From positions 44,020,001 to 44,084,000 of the forward strand of contig NC_088854.1 in assembly GCF_963853765.1 (NCBI RefSeq): a stretch of DNA of 64,000 nucleotides. The letters run 5' to 3'. The notes under the pieces were generated by a model, which worked only from the letters and a program-made list of their open reading frames with translations, ran no database searches and was not told the origin of the DNA. Both the position numbers and the translations under genes were made by a program. This DNA comes from Magallana gigas (Eukaryota). Shown one piece after another: positions 1 through 13,700 of the stretch. Each line of letters starts with the position of its first letter. The stretch's first letter is position 1.

Positions 1-219
1 ACCACATTTAATATTACAAATCAGTAATTTGTAATGTTCTGCAATTGTTAAACCATTGACATTTATAATTTTACATATTAAATCATTTTATTACACTCTG
101 TCTTTGTTTTTGATATTTCAATAAGCATTGTATGAAGGTCAAGTGTATGTATATACTTATAGATATGACCTGTAAGTCACATATGTTAGAACTTTTACAA
201 TCTGAACATTTTTTTCTAC

Positions 220-430
220 CAATTTTTATTAGAGCTCCGCTCTGTGAGCGCCCTATAGTGATAAGTCTGTCTGGATTTTTGCGCGGTCTGAAATGATCTT
301 GACCCTTTACAAAAGGTCATAACACATCCTTTACTCAAAAGCTCTGTTTAGTGAAGTATGAGCCAGATAGGGATAAGTGGAAATTAGTTATATAAAGGCA
401 GAATGGGAATCTGCGCTATCTTATCCCCCA
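220..430. repeat. Degenerate HINE/satellite-like remnant
   Basis: TTTTTATTAG start, GTCTGTCTG microsatellite and TTGACC/GTGAAGTATGAGCCAGAT motifs reminiscent of oyster HINE arrays; recognition from memory only. Confidence 0.3.
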
Positions 431-2599
431 TCTTCTTTTGATCAATGGGACGCTGTTTTTGGAATGTTTGAGGAATTAAACCTTCATCTAACTACCTTCT
501 GTATTATTACACTAGTATGGTTGTTTGACTGCCGAGGTATAATTTTCAAAGAAAATGATTTTGATTTATAGTTGGTACATATGCATCGGGAAAAATGTCT
601 ACATGTAGCGTACGTGTTTTAAGTGCCTGAAAGTAAGAAATAATAATAACAAACCAAAGTTTTATCCGGTTTTAATTATCAAAAAAGATGTAAAACACAA
701 CATTTGAAACAATAAATCAACAACAGACCAACAATCTATCACAGACACAGTCATGATTGCAGCTTTTGAAAACGTTTATCATATAAACGTTTTTTCTTTT
801 ATTATCAGCACCAGTCAAAACGACCTTCAATCGTCAATCTAAAGTAAAACAAGAAATAGATGATCAAAGCAGTAACAGTTAAACCATACTGGTATTGCGA
901 TGAAAATTCTTGAAGAAACAAACGAGAAATACCAAAAAGATTTAGTTCATGTTTCACACCTCGAACAGTGGGTTGTTTTGCTTATACCAAAATGACTTGA
1001 TACATACGAAGTTCAAGTTTCATAATGCGCAGTGGTCATGCCATGGTATTCATAATAATTATTTCACATTTGGCAACAATAGGTACTGTGATCGGTGTAT
1101 CTTACTCATATGAACACTTACATCTTACTAATATTAGCATCCCGATTAGATTTATTAAAATTTGTGAAGAAAGAAGTTTAAAATACAACAACAGCTTTTT
1201 TTAAAAAGAGAAAGAAATTATCAAATAGAAAAACTGATTCCAAGTGTACATATATATTTATTTTTAAAAAAATAATGCATCAAACATTATATTTATTAAT
1301 TCTTTAAAAAAGAGTTCAAAGTCCATTTATAAAAACACGTTGAAATAATAAGAAAAATATAATGTTGCAAAGTTACGAAACGTTCGGTATTGCAGAAGCT
1401 GACATACTACATTGAGTGAAATAGTCCAATGTAGTCCTGTAATTAAGTCAAGTGAGTACATTCAAAAGCAGAACCACTGTCCATTACTATACGAATTGCT
1501 TTTCCGTGAATGGAAGAGGTGTGATTTACTTACCTGGGCATGTAGAGTATCAAGCATCTAAGCAAGCAGAGAACGAATCCAGGATAAACATAAGTATAGA
1601 TCGATATATAGCAATATATTGTCCTTACGGCTACGTACATTACTTACTGATATTTGCACAACCCAAATAAAAGTCGTTATAACATCACTGGCTAGCAGTT
1701 GTATATCGAAGATTAATAACACCCGAAAAAGCACACAGTTTATTCATGGTAAGGGAAAATATGGCATGCTATAGTCTAAAGAAATCTTGTAAACAGTCTC
1801 AATCATATTTAGACAATCTGCTGTCTAGTTACAGACGTTTCTGAAATTGATGACAATATTCTCTTTAGACTCTTTATTTTGGGAAAAGTTAAAGAACTGT
1901 AGTCGTTATGGTGTAGCGGCTAAGTGTAATCATGAAATTGTGATGACCCTTTAATCAGACGAATTTGATTATATGATTTACTTTATCCCAGTAGAAAATC
2001 AAGTAAAACTTAACCACTTTTTATACCCCGCCATTCTAAACTGTACTTTTTCACACAGAAAATTCTAAGGTAAGAAAATTTAGTCTGCCATTCTAAAGTT
2101 TTACACAAATCTCTACTTTTCTCCTAATTTGTAATGCAACTCAGCGGGACAATTATTCAAAATTTCATAAAACACATGAATTGCAAAGTATGTTTTTATA
2201 TAAAGTGTGAGGAGCAGACAACATTGGCTTTTGGGCTGATAACAGTATTTGCACATATTTTACTGAGCAGGTTGAGGGTCAGACAACCTTAGATACACTA
2301 AGGGCAAATTTCGCCCTACTTTCTATAAACATTACTTTATCATAAGTGATCAAACATAACTGTAAAGAAGACTATACGCAATATTTCGCAAAATCACAAA
2401 TGGTTTCATTCATGCAATGGCAAAGTCACCTCTAGAAAATGCGCGTAAACCAAACAATAGCAAATCAAAAATGAAATAAAATGAATGAAATAAGGTATGT
2501 AGTCGAGCCTCCTTAACTTTAATCAAAGTACCGAAGTACTGACTGGATTTGATTTTATTGATAATAATTTTTTTTTAACCAACGATATATAATTTCCCA

Positions 2600-3045
2600 T
2601 GGCAAGTAGTTTCTTGGTTGCATTAAAATAGATTGTTTATATGTATTATCGTGCTAACGGAAAACTTCATATGAATCATGTTGAGTAATATTAAAAAAAA
2701 ATTACGCTATCAAACTCTACGATTCATAATGTAACAGTTATCGATATATTTCTGGAAAACAGTATCCAAGCAATATAAAACTCTGGTAAAGGAGTACAAA
2801 CGACTACAAAAGTATCTAATTGTTCGTAGCACCTTTTAAAATCTATTTTCTCAAAAGACTATTTTAGAAGTATTTATAAATAAGTTTCCATGAAAAACAA
2901 TGCTTCTGAATACATTACATTGAATTGATCGATTATTTTCAAGTACTAAGTCTTGTCAGCGGTGATGATTTGTGCTTAAATCAAAACAGTTTCACTTCCG
3001 GTGTGCCGAGTAACTGCATAGCGTTGATTAAAATCGACTCCAAAA
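2600..3045. repeat. Dispersed repeat, copy 1 (homologous to 42022-42590)
   Basis: Colinear similarity including an identical 29-mer GTCTTGTCAGCGGTGATGATTTGTGCTTA (2950-2978 and 42489-42517). Confidence 0.75.
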
Positions 3046-3149
3046 CACCAGACATATTTTGGTAGACATCCATAAAAAAACTTTATTGGCGTTTTGTTAA
3101 GGACCCAACCTTTCTGTATGTTTCTATGTTAAAGACAAAACAGATCAAA

Positions 3150-3270
3150 AAAGAAATGACAGAGAAAGGACACAGCTGGAACACCATCCACCAACTATCA
3201 AAGGACAGAGAGAGGTAGAAAAGAATTGTCCGTGGCCTATGCTCCACATGGGAATGAAGTCAAGTAAGTC
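3150..3270 (+). mobile_element. 5'-truncated RTE-like LINE 3' end
   Basis: Translates EMTEKGHSWNTIHQLSKDRER*KRIVRGLCSTWE*, resembling the RTE ORF C-terminal W..A.DR..W...V..LC motif with W changed to stop. Followed by an AAGT-type short repeat tail. Confidence 0.6.
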
Positions 3271-4257
3271 ATAGTAAACACAGAAATGTAATGAAAAAAA
3301 AAGACGATATGGCCGCAGTGTTGCCGTCTATTTTTTGCACTTGCCAGACATAGAAATATAGACGACAATCACGTGACGTATTTTATGCAATGAGTTGCAA
3401 CATTTTAGTCGAATGCAACTGAAACAAACAATCTTTGAACAAATACGGGTATCTTGTACATATGTGAATATAGATGTAAACATTTCTTGAACTGACTTAT
3501 TTATGCCAAAGATTGTTGTTAAAGGATTAAAAAGCAACAGGTATAATGTTTTTCATGTTATTTTGCCAATTGTGCCCACAAGTACAGAACAATGTTTTTT
3601 AATCACCTATAACCGTGCAGCTGTAAACTTTAACTGAAAATTTATAAAAATGTTTAAAAAATATGAAAGGATACCATTGGTGTCCACTCTACAACCATTA
3701 TTTGAGAAAAAAGTTTTATCTTAATCATTTAAGTTCTAGTTAAAGAAGTTAGTTAAATTTTTTTTTAGTCAACATATGTACAAGATGGCCGAACATTCCC
3801 CTTTCGACAAAACAAAGAAAAACAAATCTAAAAATAAAAAATAAATAAAAATGAAAATAAATGGCATAGATAATTTAGTAAACCAAAGACCCCTTGAGCT
3901 CGTAGCAAAAAGAAAATAAATGGATAAAAGAAGAAACAAAGCCTTCTGGAAACTAAAGCATGCAAAGCGGATATTGGGAGGATATAAGGTAATCATGCAT
4001 GGAGAGAGCTATATCAGAAGCATGCATTGGTGCACACTACTTACTGTCTACTGTAGCTAAAATATCTGCTATTGCTTCATCTGGGAAGAAAAACATAAAC
4101 TTTCAACATGAAACAAAAACTGCGATAACATTAAACGCTTTATTATTAACAGTATTTTTACGTCATTAAGAAATATCACAATATTACAATATTACGTCTT
4201 TGGAAGACTGACTAGGTTTAATTTGCACCGTAAAATAAGACAACGGAAAATGGTATA

Positions 4258-4733
4258 CTAAAATTGACGTTTATAAAATCGTGGTTGAGGTGGTGTTGGA
4301 ACATCTTCTCCCTGATCTAATGATAATGCACGGTCAATAATAAACGAAGTACTTGCTGGTGCATAACTCAAAGACGGCAATTCACGAGGCGTATATAAAT
4401 TGCCCTCACCATAGTCTTCCTCAAGTTCAATAGCGGAAGTACCACTAATCACATCGGGTTTGGGTACGCTTCCATTTGATTGGTCTATATGCGAGTCTTC
4501 ATAATTATGCTTTTTGTCTCGTCTGTGTTTCTTTTTCTTCTTGGGTTTAGCTGGTGTACTCGTACTGACGGGTACAGGGGGTAGGTGGGAAGGTGGGGGA
4601 AGGTCAAGACTTTGAACCTTTGGCGAGATCTTTGGAGAGACACGTGACAAGGACGGCGCTGCATGTTGTAGAGGCGGCAAAGCAAAGTTCTTCTTCATCT
4701 CTTCTACATTATAATGCAAAGCTCTTGGGGTAT
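4258..4733 (-). CDS. Terminal exon: Pro-rich, polybasic cytoplasmic tail
   Basis: Acceptor TTTTCAG ends at 4734. Phase 1, reads DTPRALHYNVEEM...LPPPSHLPPVP...KPKKKKKHRRDKK...PTPPQPRFYKRQF*. Matches track ORF 4258..4719. Confidence 0.9.
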
Positions 4734-7700
4734 CTGAAAATTATTTAACATTTTTTCTAAATAAAAATTTCTTATCTCTATGAAAAAATATCTTATATAG
4801 ACTTGCATTTAAAATTTCTATCTCATACTTAAGAAGGTATTAATTACCCTCATCGGACATCGGTTTCTTTTGTTGGGTGTCATTGTGTTGTGTTTTCTTT
4901 CGTTTAATATATTTGAAAACAATACATCCAACTACAGCAGCAATGATAAGGATGAGGAGAATACCGACAACAGCACCGATGACAGACCCTGTTGCAATAC
5001 CCTCGCCAGGCTTACTCTCGTCAACATTAGTGGTAAAGTCTTAAAAGAAGATGTTCGAATAGGCAAATATTAAACATTTTTCATAAATACAGACTTCGAA
5101 AATTTAATTCACATTTCTAGAATACTTAAAAATGTTTCTCACAGTCTCAATTTCCAATGTTGTACTTACCACACGTTTCTAAAAGAAAGGAGAAAAGAAA
5201 AAAATATAAGTAAGCAAACGAGTATTTTTTAACAAGACAATACGTACTAGAATCTAAATAGCTAAATTGGAAAACATACCTTCTGGTATCATTTCTAGAG
5301 TACCACTACCACCCTGCACCACAGTGGTAGATGACTGGTTCTTGGCACACATGGATGGTCGATCGGTAGTAAACACCACACCTCCGGTTTTGGTCGTAGC
5401 CTTTGAAATTATATTAATGCATATAATAATTTACTTTAAGAAAATACACGGTCATTGAATTTTAACAGCCTATGCTGTTATTGCTAATATCTAAAGTTTT
5501 TGATATAAGCGTACCAAACAAGTAAATCTGTGATAGAAAGTGTTGTCCACTGAGCCCGGATTCAGAACCATAGTATAGTAGACACCATTCACAACAAGAG
5601 ATTTCACGCAATAAACGACTCCCTCACCTTAAATGAAAATTTCAGTTTTGAACAAATTAAAAAAAGAAGAAATCATACAGTTTGTAAATTAGCTTATCAT
5701 ACTTTAACAAACATAGACTAACTGCCCGAACTGACTTGAGAATGCTTGAGTTGTAGAACATTTGGTGTAATCAAACACCATGATGGTTCTGTTGGTACAG
5801 ACGTCTAGAGAGGACACCCCTGTACAGGTCTCGGTCCCGTTTGCTGTTAGGTGCTTGTAGGTAAAGGTGGCCAGCAAAGGAGAAGGACACCATTGCTTAA
5901 CCTGTGACTCTTGTCCTAAAAAATAAAACGTATGTAGTGTCAACTATACTTCTGTAATAAAAATGTCTTTGCTATGAAAGTATTTAGTATTTAAAAGCCG
6001 AACCTTTTTTCACAAGAATGTAAAATTGTTCTGTATCAGGCGGAATAGTAGGAGAACAGAAGCTTGATGTGTCCCATTTTACTTTCGTTGGATCATACAA
6101 TTCCAATTTAATCCTTGTATTTGAAGCCAAGGATTCTTCATCTACAAAAGAAAAACATCGTATCTTGCTTTCATGTCGTATTACTGTTATTTTCTGTTGC
6201 ATTAGTCAATGTGTTTAGTTCTGTTTAACTTTACCTGTCATTGGGTAATACATGTAGGAATTGTCAGTGATTTTTGTCCATTGAATACAACGAAATGCAT
6301 TGTAAAATGTTCCATTGTAGTCTACAAGTTGATCTGATCTGAAATATTCAAGTAAAGATATCAAATCTTGTATAAGAGAGCATCCCACATTCATTCATAT
6401 CGAATTTGAAAAATATTTTGAGCCGGCCAGGAGTTTAGATATGTACTTAAACAGTAGGTAGGATCCTGTGTCATTGCTGGTGACACATGACCACGATGTA
6501 AGGGAAGTTGTAGAAACTGACACGTCCCAACCAGAAGTTACGGATTTTGTGCGTTCGCTCATTTGAATCTCTCCCATGCCACTGTCATACCAATCACCGT
6601 CCCAATTAGTGGGAAGAGTACAAAGTCCAACTGCAAAATAGCACATTTTCATAAACGGTGCACTAAAAAAATTCAAATTATGCAAGTAACTATTATCATA
6701 AGTATTAGTAAGCAATGTAATCTTGGTTATAGTTCGAAACATCTATAAGCATTATAAAGCTTTTTAAAAGCGATTTTAGTTCAACATGTGTTCTACAGGC
6801 ATAATAATCGTGGTTTGATTTCAACATTTATTATATAAGCATTCCAGAGCTTTATTTCAAAAATGTATCTATAGTGTATACACTTTGCATTATAATAATT
6901 TCATATTTTGTTTTACTTGTCGAAGTATGAAACAAGTTATTGAACCACAATGACTTAAGTTAAGAAAACATAGCACCAATAGAAAAGTGTGAACAACGAA
7001 TTGTGTACAACATTGAAAGGAACATCGAATTTCTATTCAAACCTTAAATGCTGCTTAAAAAAAATCTACAGTCATCAATTACAAAATAAAATAGAAATTA
7101 TAACAAACACAATAAAAAGCTTGAATAATAAAACAATTAATCTTTCTACTTTCTGAACAGTAAAAATCTTGTGATGGAAAAATGATATTGTCCATTATAA
7201 TTTTTGACTGCAAATTTAGTTTATTATTTGTCTTCATTTTTTTTTATTCCAAAAAAATAATTGCTGATCATAAATACCACTGCTCCCGGTTGGTTTGTCT
7301 ATACATGAATCTGGAAGGAACAAAATATTGTATAAGTTTTATCCTCTTCATGAGTTCAATTAAAAATTCATTCAATTAAAAAAAAAGCATTTATAAAAAT
7401 ACCTAAGACTTCCATAGTCAGAGTTCCGGACCCTGCTGTCTGTTTAACTTGTGGAGTCTGCCCTGGAGCACAACTTCCTTTCTTGTCACTCATGTATATC
7501 GTATCATTAGATCTTGTCAAAGCCTATGTTAAACAAAAATAATATAATTGAACATTAATATTTCAGCTTTAGCAATAAAGTAAGTTCAATATATTTTCAT
7601 AAACTTTTATTTATTTAGCATATGAAAGTTTTCAGTTTTCAAAAGAATTTCAATTTGTTTGTGAAAAGCATAACATTTCGGTGGGGGTATTTTATACATT

Positions 7701-10700
7701 ATTTTGACATATATTAAATATCAATAAAGAAAATTAATTTTCATGAAAATTATCTCCCTTATCCGAGAGGAATCGTACCTTAACGAAATTTAAAACTTAC
7801 ATAGCAAGTAAAGACGCTGTGACGACTGTCCGTCACATCACCAGGGTTCAAAACCGAAGTGAACACGGTAGCACCACTACTTAGGAACATCAAACACTTG
7901 ACGACACCTTCCTCTGAAAAAGGCTACTATTTATGAAAATAGACAACTATCTCTAATCATTATGCACTAAATAGACTATTTTGCATGTACACTATGTATT
8001 TAAAAAAAATCTGCGTTGAGTTTTGATTTTTGGACATTTTTAAAAAAAGATTACTTGAGAAAGCTTGTTCCGTTGAACACTTGGTGTAATCAAAAGTCAT
8101 AGTATCCCAAGAGGGACAGACAGCGAGCGAGGAACTACTGCTACATGTCTGGGTAGACCCACTGTCATGAGTGTAAGTAAACCGACCAATCAGCGCTGGA
8201 GGACAGGGCTGGGCAGCCTGGGACTCGAACCCTACAGACACACACAAAAACTCGGTACAAAAACAATTAACTAACATTTTCCTTGTCTTTTATTTTTAAT
8301 TTTTGATTTTTACACTTGCCGGGAAAACCTTTCCTGGTAAGTAAAATATCATTAACAAAGCCAGGAAAACATAAGATATTTCGGACCAAGAAGCAACGTT
8401 TAAAATAAAGAAAAATGTCTTTGAAATTCGACAATTGACCTTGCTTGACCATGATGTGGTATTCCTCAAGCTTGGGTGGGGATGAAGGGTTACAATACGT
8501 GGTCGTATTCCATGACGTCACGGAAGGGTCGTACAGTTCGATAAATATTCTTTCGTTCAAGGCATTTGAATTTACATCTAGTTAAACAGAAATGTTGTTC
8601 TCAGTGCTTTCAAATAATCGTGAAAGATTCGTAAAATGACTAGAAAATGTTCCATCATAAACTAAAACACCAATAATACGTTACCATTCTGTACATAGTA
8701 GAAATGGGAATATGGTGTTATTTCCCGCCATTTAATGCATTTAAAAAGATTATATTGAACGCCAGCATTTTCCACAGTATGATCAGATCTGTAAAATGAA
8801 AGTTCTAATCATATTATATTAATATAAAAATATTAATAACAGAAAAAATAGTTTACAAATCATATAGCACAACCTAACATTTTTATTTATCGAATTCAAG
8901 TACGCAGATGCGCTTCGCTGACTATACAACATAAGATATAGTTTAAATCTACGTTGTCAAAATTCTACACTACACTATATTTTAGCATTGGAATGTTTTG
9001 ACTACTAACTTGAACAACAACAAGTTCTGATTTGTGTCCTCTGCATGGCAGGTCCATGACGTCACAGTCTTTGAGTACGCAGTGGCTGACCAACCAGGAG
9101 AGACGGATTTAGACGGAGCTTGGATTTCAATGGATCCCTTGTCAGAATCATGCCAGACACTCTCCCATTGTATGGGGAACGTGCAGGAACCGTCTTAAAA
9201 GAAGCAAAATATAAATATATATAAAATATCAAAAATATTTGTCATGAAAATCTTAAACATAAAATCAAACCTAAGTCAAAAAATTTCAATGTATAAAAAC
9301 ACTGATTTGTACTTACGGCATGTAGCTGAAAAAAAAATTAGATATCACATTAGTTAGTTTTGGAATAAAATAGCAATATTTGTTGAATTTCAACGAAATA
9401 AAGTACTATTGACTACTTACAATAAGGTGTAAAAGTGTAGTTTGCTTTGCCGTCAGGTTGTTGTACAGTGGACTGTTGGTCTCTCTCACAGCTTCCTGCG
9501 CTCTCGCTCACGAAAACATTGTCTGAATTGGCATCTGCTGTTACAGCCTTTAAATTCATAACAATATAACATAACAAATGAACTAAAAGGCATTCAAGCA
9601 ATTCAAAAATAATTTTCATAAAAAGCATCTAAATCTTACCAAGCATGTAAATCGATGATAATTAGTCTGATCAACAAAACCTGGATTTAAGACAGACGTG
9701 TAGTAGGTTGAACCGCTAATTATTGTGTATAGACAATACACCTCACCCTCCTCTGCAATACAAATGAGATAAAGAATCAACATCTTCTCTATTACAAATC
9801 ATTAACCAATGTATCTAAATAAATCTCTGGCGATAACTGACATCCTCTTTTTGATCAATTTTAAATGCACTATTCATTTTGTGCCTGTTGAATTTATAAT
9901 AAAAAAGTTTTTAAAAATTAATACAAAAATGCTGCATTTTTTTGCGTCTAGTTTTTATTCGCTTACTTGAAAGTACTTCTGATGAGCATTTAGTGTAATC
10001 AAACGTCATCGTAGTCCAAGTAGCACACACGTCGACCCGGGAGCCGTTTCCACAGGTCTGGGTGGTTCCATTGTCGACGGTGTAGAAAAACGTCCCTAGT
10101 AAGGGATTCGGGCACCATTGTTTAACTGTTGTCTCCTGACCTACAACATCAACTTTCATTTAGAAGCCGAAGGTGCATTGTCACTCTATTCACACATGAA
10201 GATATTTGATTTTGTGCTAAAATTTCTATTAAACCCACATTTTCATTAGAATTCATATAACTGAAGAATGTTGTGTTGGTATGATTTTTCTTACAGTTAC
10301 AACATTTTAATTTGTAAAATATGTTATTCATCCCACTGAGTGTCTCTAGATCTTCTATCACAGACACATTTATTTTTAACTTATATGAAAATAAAAAAAA
10401 CCTTTCAGCATATGAAAATAAAAAACTCCAACAACAATTGATACAAATACCAGTTTAACAACCTTGTTTGACAATCATATGGAATTGCTCTATCGCCGGC
10501 CCATTGCTAGGATTACAATAACTATTTATATTCCAGTCTGTAACGAATGGATCGTGGTCCTCTATACTGACACGTTCACTGCTGGCGTTAGGGTTTTCAT
10601 CTGTTGGTATAATCGAAACACAAGTGAAAATTTTTTATACAAACATAGAGAAATCGTTTAAAAGGTTTTATTGGTTCAATTACACCAAACAAAAAATATT

Positions 10701-13700
10701 ACCATTTTTTATATAATATCTATATGAGTTGCTTGTTATTTTCTTCCAGTCTATGCACATAAATGCATTCTTTTTCAGTCCATTGATTTCCAATATGGTG
10801 TCAGACCTGAAAATAGAAGATAAAACACCAATCAATTTTCTTTTTTAGCTGTAACAACAAAAACAGAAAGGAATATGATGTCTAACAATCAACTTGTTTA
10901 TTGAAATTGAGAATTAAATATTTCCACTCGATAGAACCTACTTTAGAAGTAAAAGTTGACTGTTGGTGTCATCTGACATGCACGTCCATGATGAGACTGT
11001 ATTGTTGCTGATTGTCATGGCCCATCCTAAGGAAACTCGAGAATGGTCGTACACGAATTCTACTGAATCTGTCCTACTGTCATGCCAAGTTCCCGCAAAA
11101 TCCAACGGAAACGTGCAATTTCCATCTTAAGTTAGGAAAATTCAAGAAATGTTTGGGATGGGTGCTAGAACCCATAATAAATCAAAACTCTAAATACACA
11201 CAGACACACACGCACTTGCGGTTATTTCAAGCAGGCTAATATGCAGCTAGATACATTTACAAATACTAAATAAATAAAATAAAACAGCAACACAAAATGC
11301 AGCACTACTCCCCGCTACATAAAGAGCGAATATATATAATGGTTACAAATATTGTGCCATATATGAAAGGATAGTGAACACAAGCTACACATGTTTATAC
11401 TTACAACAGGACCCTAAAAAGATATAAAAAGAAAAAAAATAACATAATGTTGATACTGACGACTCAGTTGATTTATTTTTGATGATCATTTTTATTTGTA
11501 TCATCAAAGGCTTGTTGAATCAGTGCAAACTGTTGCTACTCACCAGTTGATGTTAATGTCAACAGACCACTTCCGTCCAAGGCTTTGACCGTTGCTGTCT
11601 GACCCGCCTCACAGCTTCCAGCACTGTCACTTATTTGAATCTGCGATCCTGATAAACTGATAGCCTGCAATAGAAAAAACAATGTTTTCGATGCAATGCT
11701 CTCAATTTGAAAAAAAACCCTGTAAAACAACGTATTTCATATACAGACATGTCTCACCAAACACGTGAATCGGTGGTGTCCTACGCCGGTTACATCACCC
11801 GGATTAAGAACACTGGTATAAAATGTATTTCCTTTTGTAATGGTCTGAACACAGTAACCAACTCCCTCTTCTACAAACACAATCAAAATATTCAACAAAG
11901 GATCTATTTGTATATAGAATCTGGGGTATGATCGAACACACTCAATTTCGTCCTCAAGCTAAGTTTATACAGGAATATCTACTATGCATTGTGGATTATC
12001 ATACTTGAGAAAATCTGTTCCGTTGAGCAATTGGAATAGTCGAATGTCAAAGTATTCCAGGAAGGACAAACGCTGAGAGCAGACGAGGCGCTACATGAAG
12101 TAGTGGATCCATCATTGTGAGTGTAAGTAAAGTTACTGATTAGAGGAATTGGACACCATTGTTTTACTGAACTCTCCTGGCCTATCAAAGAGAAGAACTG
12201 GGTTAAAGAATAAGTTATAAATACAGGTTTGCTTGTTTATTTAGATATTAAAAGAAGAGATCCGCAACCTTCTTTGACGATCACGTGGTACTCCTCTGTT
12301 ACAGGTGCCGAGGTTGGGGTACAGTAGTCACTGATGTTCCACGATTGTACAGACGGGTCGTGGTCCTCTATTTTGACTCTCTGATTCCCCGCATTACTTT
12401 CAACATCTGCAACATAGTTAAAAATAACACTTACAATTATAACATGTTAACAAAAATATAATACACAGATAAGTAAACGTGTATTTCGGCAAAATTCCTT
12501 TTTATTCTCTGACTCAAATGAATATTTATAATCTACAGCATCAAAATGAGATATACATAAAATTGAGTACAGTTTTCTTATTTTGATTTTATTTATATAC
12601 AAACTAATATTAGATTTTTTATTATTCTAGTATTACCATTAAACACATAGTAATGGTAGGAGTTATCAGTGATGTTTGTCCATTTGATGCACCTAAATAC
12701 ATTCTTCATCACCCCATTGACTTCGATAATCTGGTCAGCTCTGTAGCATAATACGACAAAATCAAAAATTATTTCCGCTTAACAAATATTAACACATGAA
12801 AAACTAACGGTTTTTTAATGTTTAAAACTATATTCAAAAATCTAAAAAAAAGTAAAAAGTATTCTGTTCTTAATTTCTAGAATAAAAAATATGTTTCCAC
12901 TCACTTGAAGAGCAGTAACTTATCGGTGTTTCTCTGTGTTTGACAGGTCCATGATGTTACGGTCTGGCCATTGACAGTCATGGGCCAGCCCTGAACATTG
13001 TGCGAGGAGTGGCTGAAGATGATATCACCAAGGCCACTATCATACCACTTACCATCCCAGGAAGAGGGCAAGCTGCAGCTACCATCTATTAAATGGTTTA
13101 TCAACCCATATGTTTTAGAAAAAAAACTTTAGAAAACGTAGCATATTCCAAGTTAAAAACTTAAAGCTTAGCATAAATCTGATTTACATATGGCAATCAT
13201 GCACTTATCTGAAAAAGCCCCGAAATACTTACAGCAATTCTCTGTGAATAGAAATGAAAAAAAATATTTTAAAATATACAAGTATATCAAAAATAAATGA
13301 GTATTGCGATTCTGATTTAGACTTTAATTTCATTTATTTATACAGAATACTGACGATTCTGAGTAACAGTAAGTGTTCCGCTTCCGTCAGTAGCTTTGGT
13401 TGTGGGAGACTGGTTCATCTGGCAACTTCCAACGCTGTCCGAGACCAGTATCCCAGAGGGGGACACACTTGAAGCCTGAGAACAAACAATGCAGACTTAC
13501 TCAAAATGAACGACTTATCACCACGTTAACCAGTGAAATAATGAAAGGTTAAATTGAAACACGTACAAAGCATGTGAATCTGTGGAATGACGTCCCGTCC
13601 ACGGTACCCGGATTATACAGTGATGTGTAGAAAGTCGAGCCAGATTGGATAGAATTGACACAGTGTACTGTCCCTTCCGCTAAAATGTAAGTCATTTGAA

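Noticed and set aside
3775-3800. CAAGATGGCC YY1-like promoter motif
   Set aside because: A single short motif in the receptor's 3' flank with no associated exon.
13185-13215. Second microexon-like ATAAGTGCA near M12
   Set aside because: It has an acceptor but no GT donor at +9.
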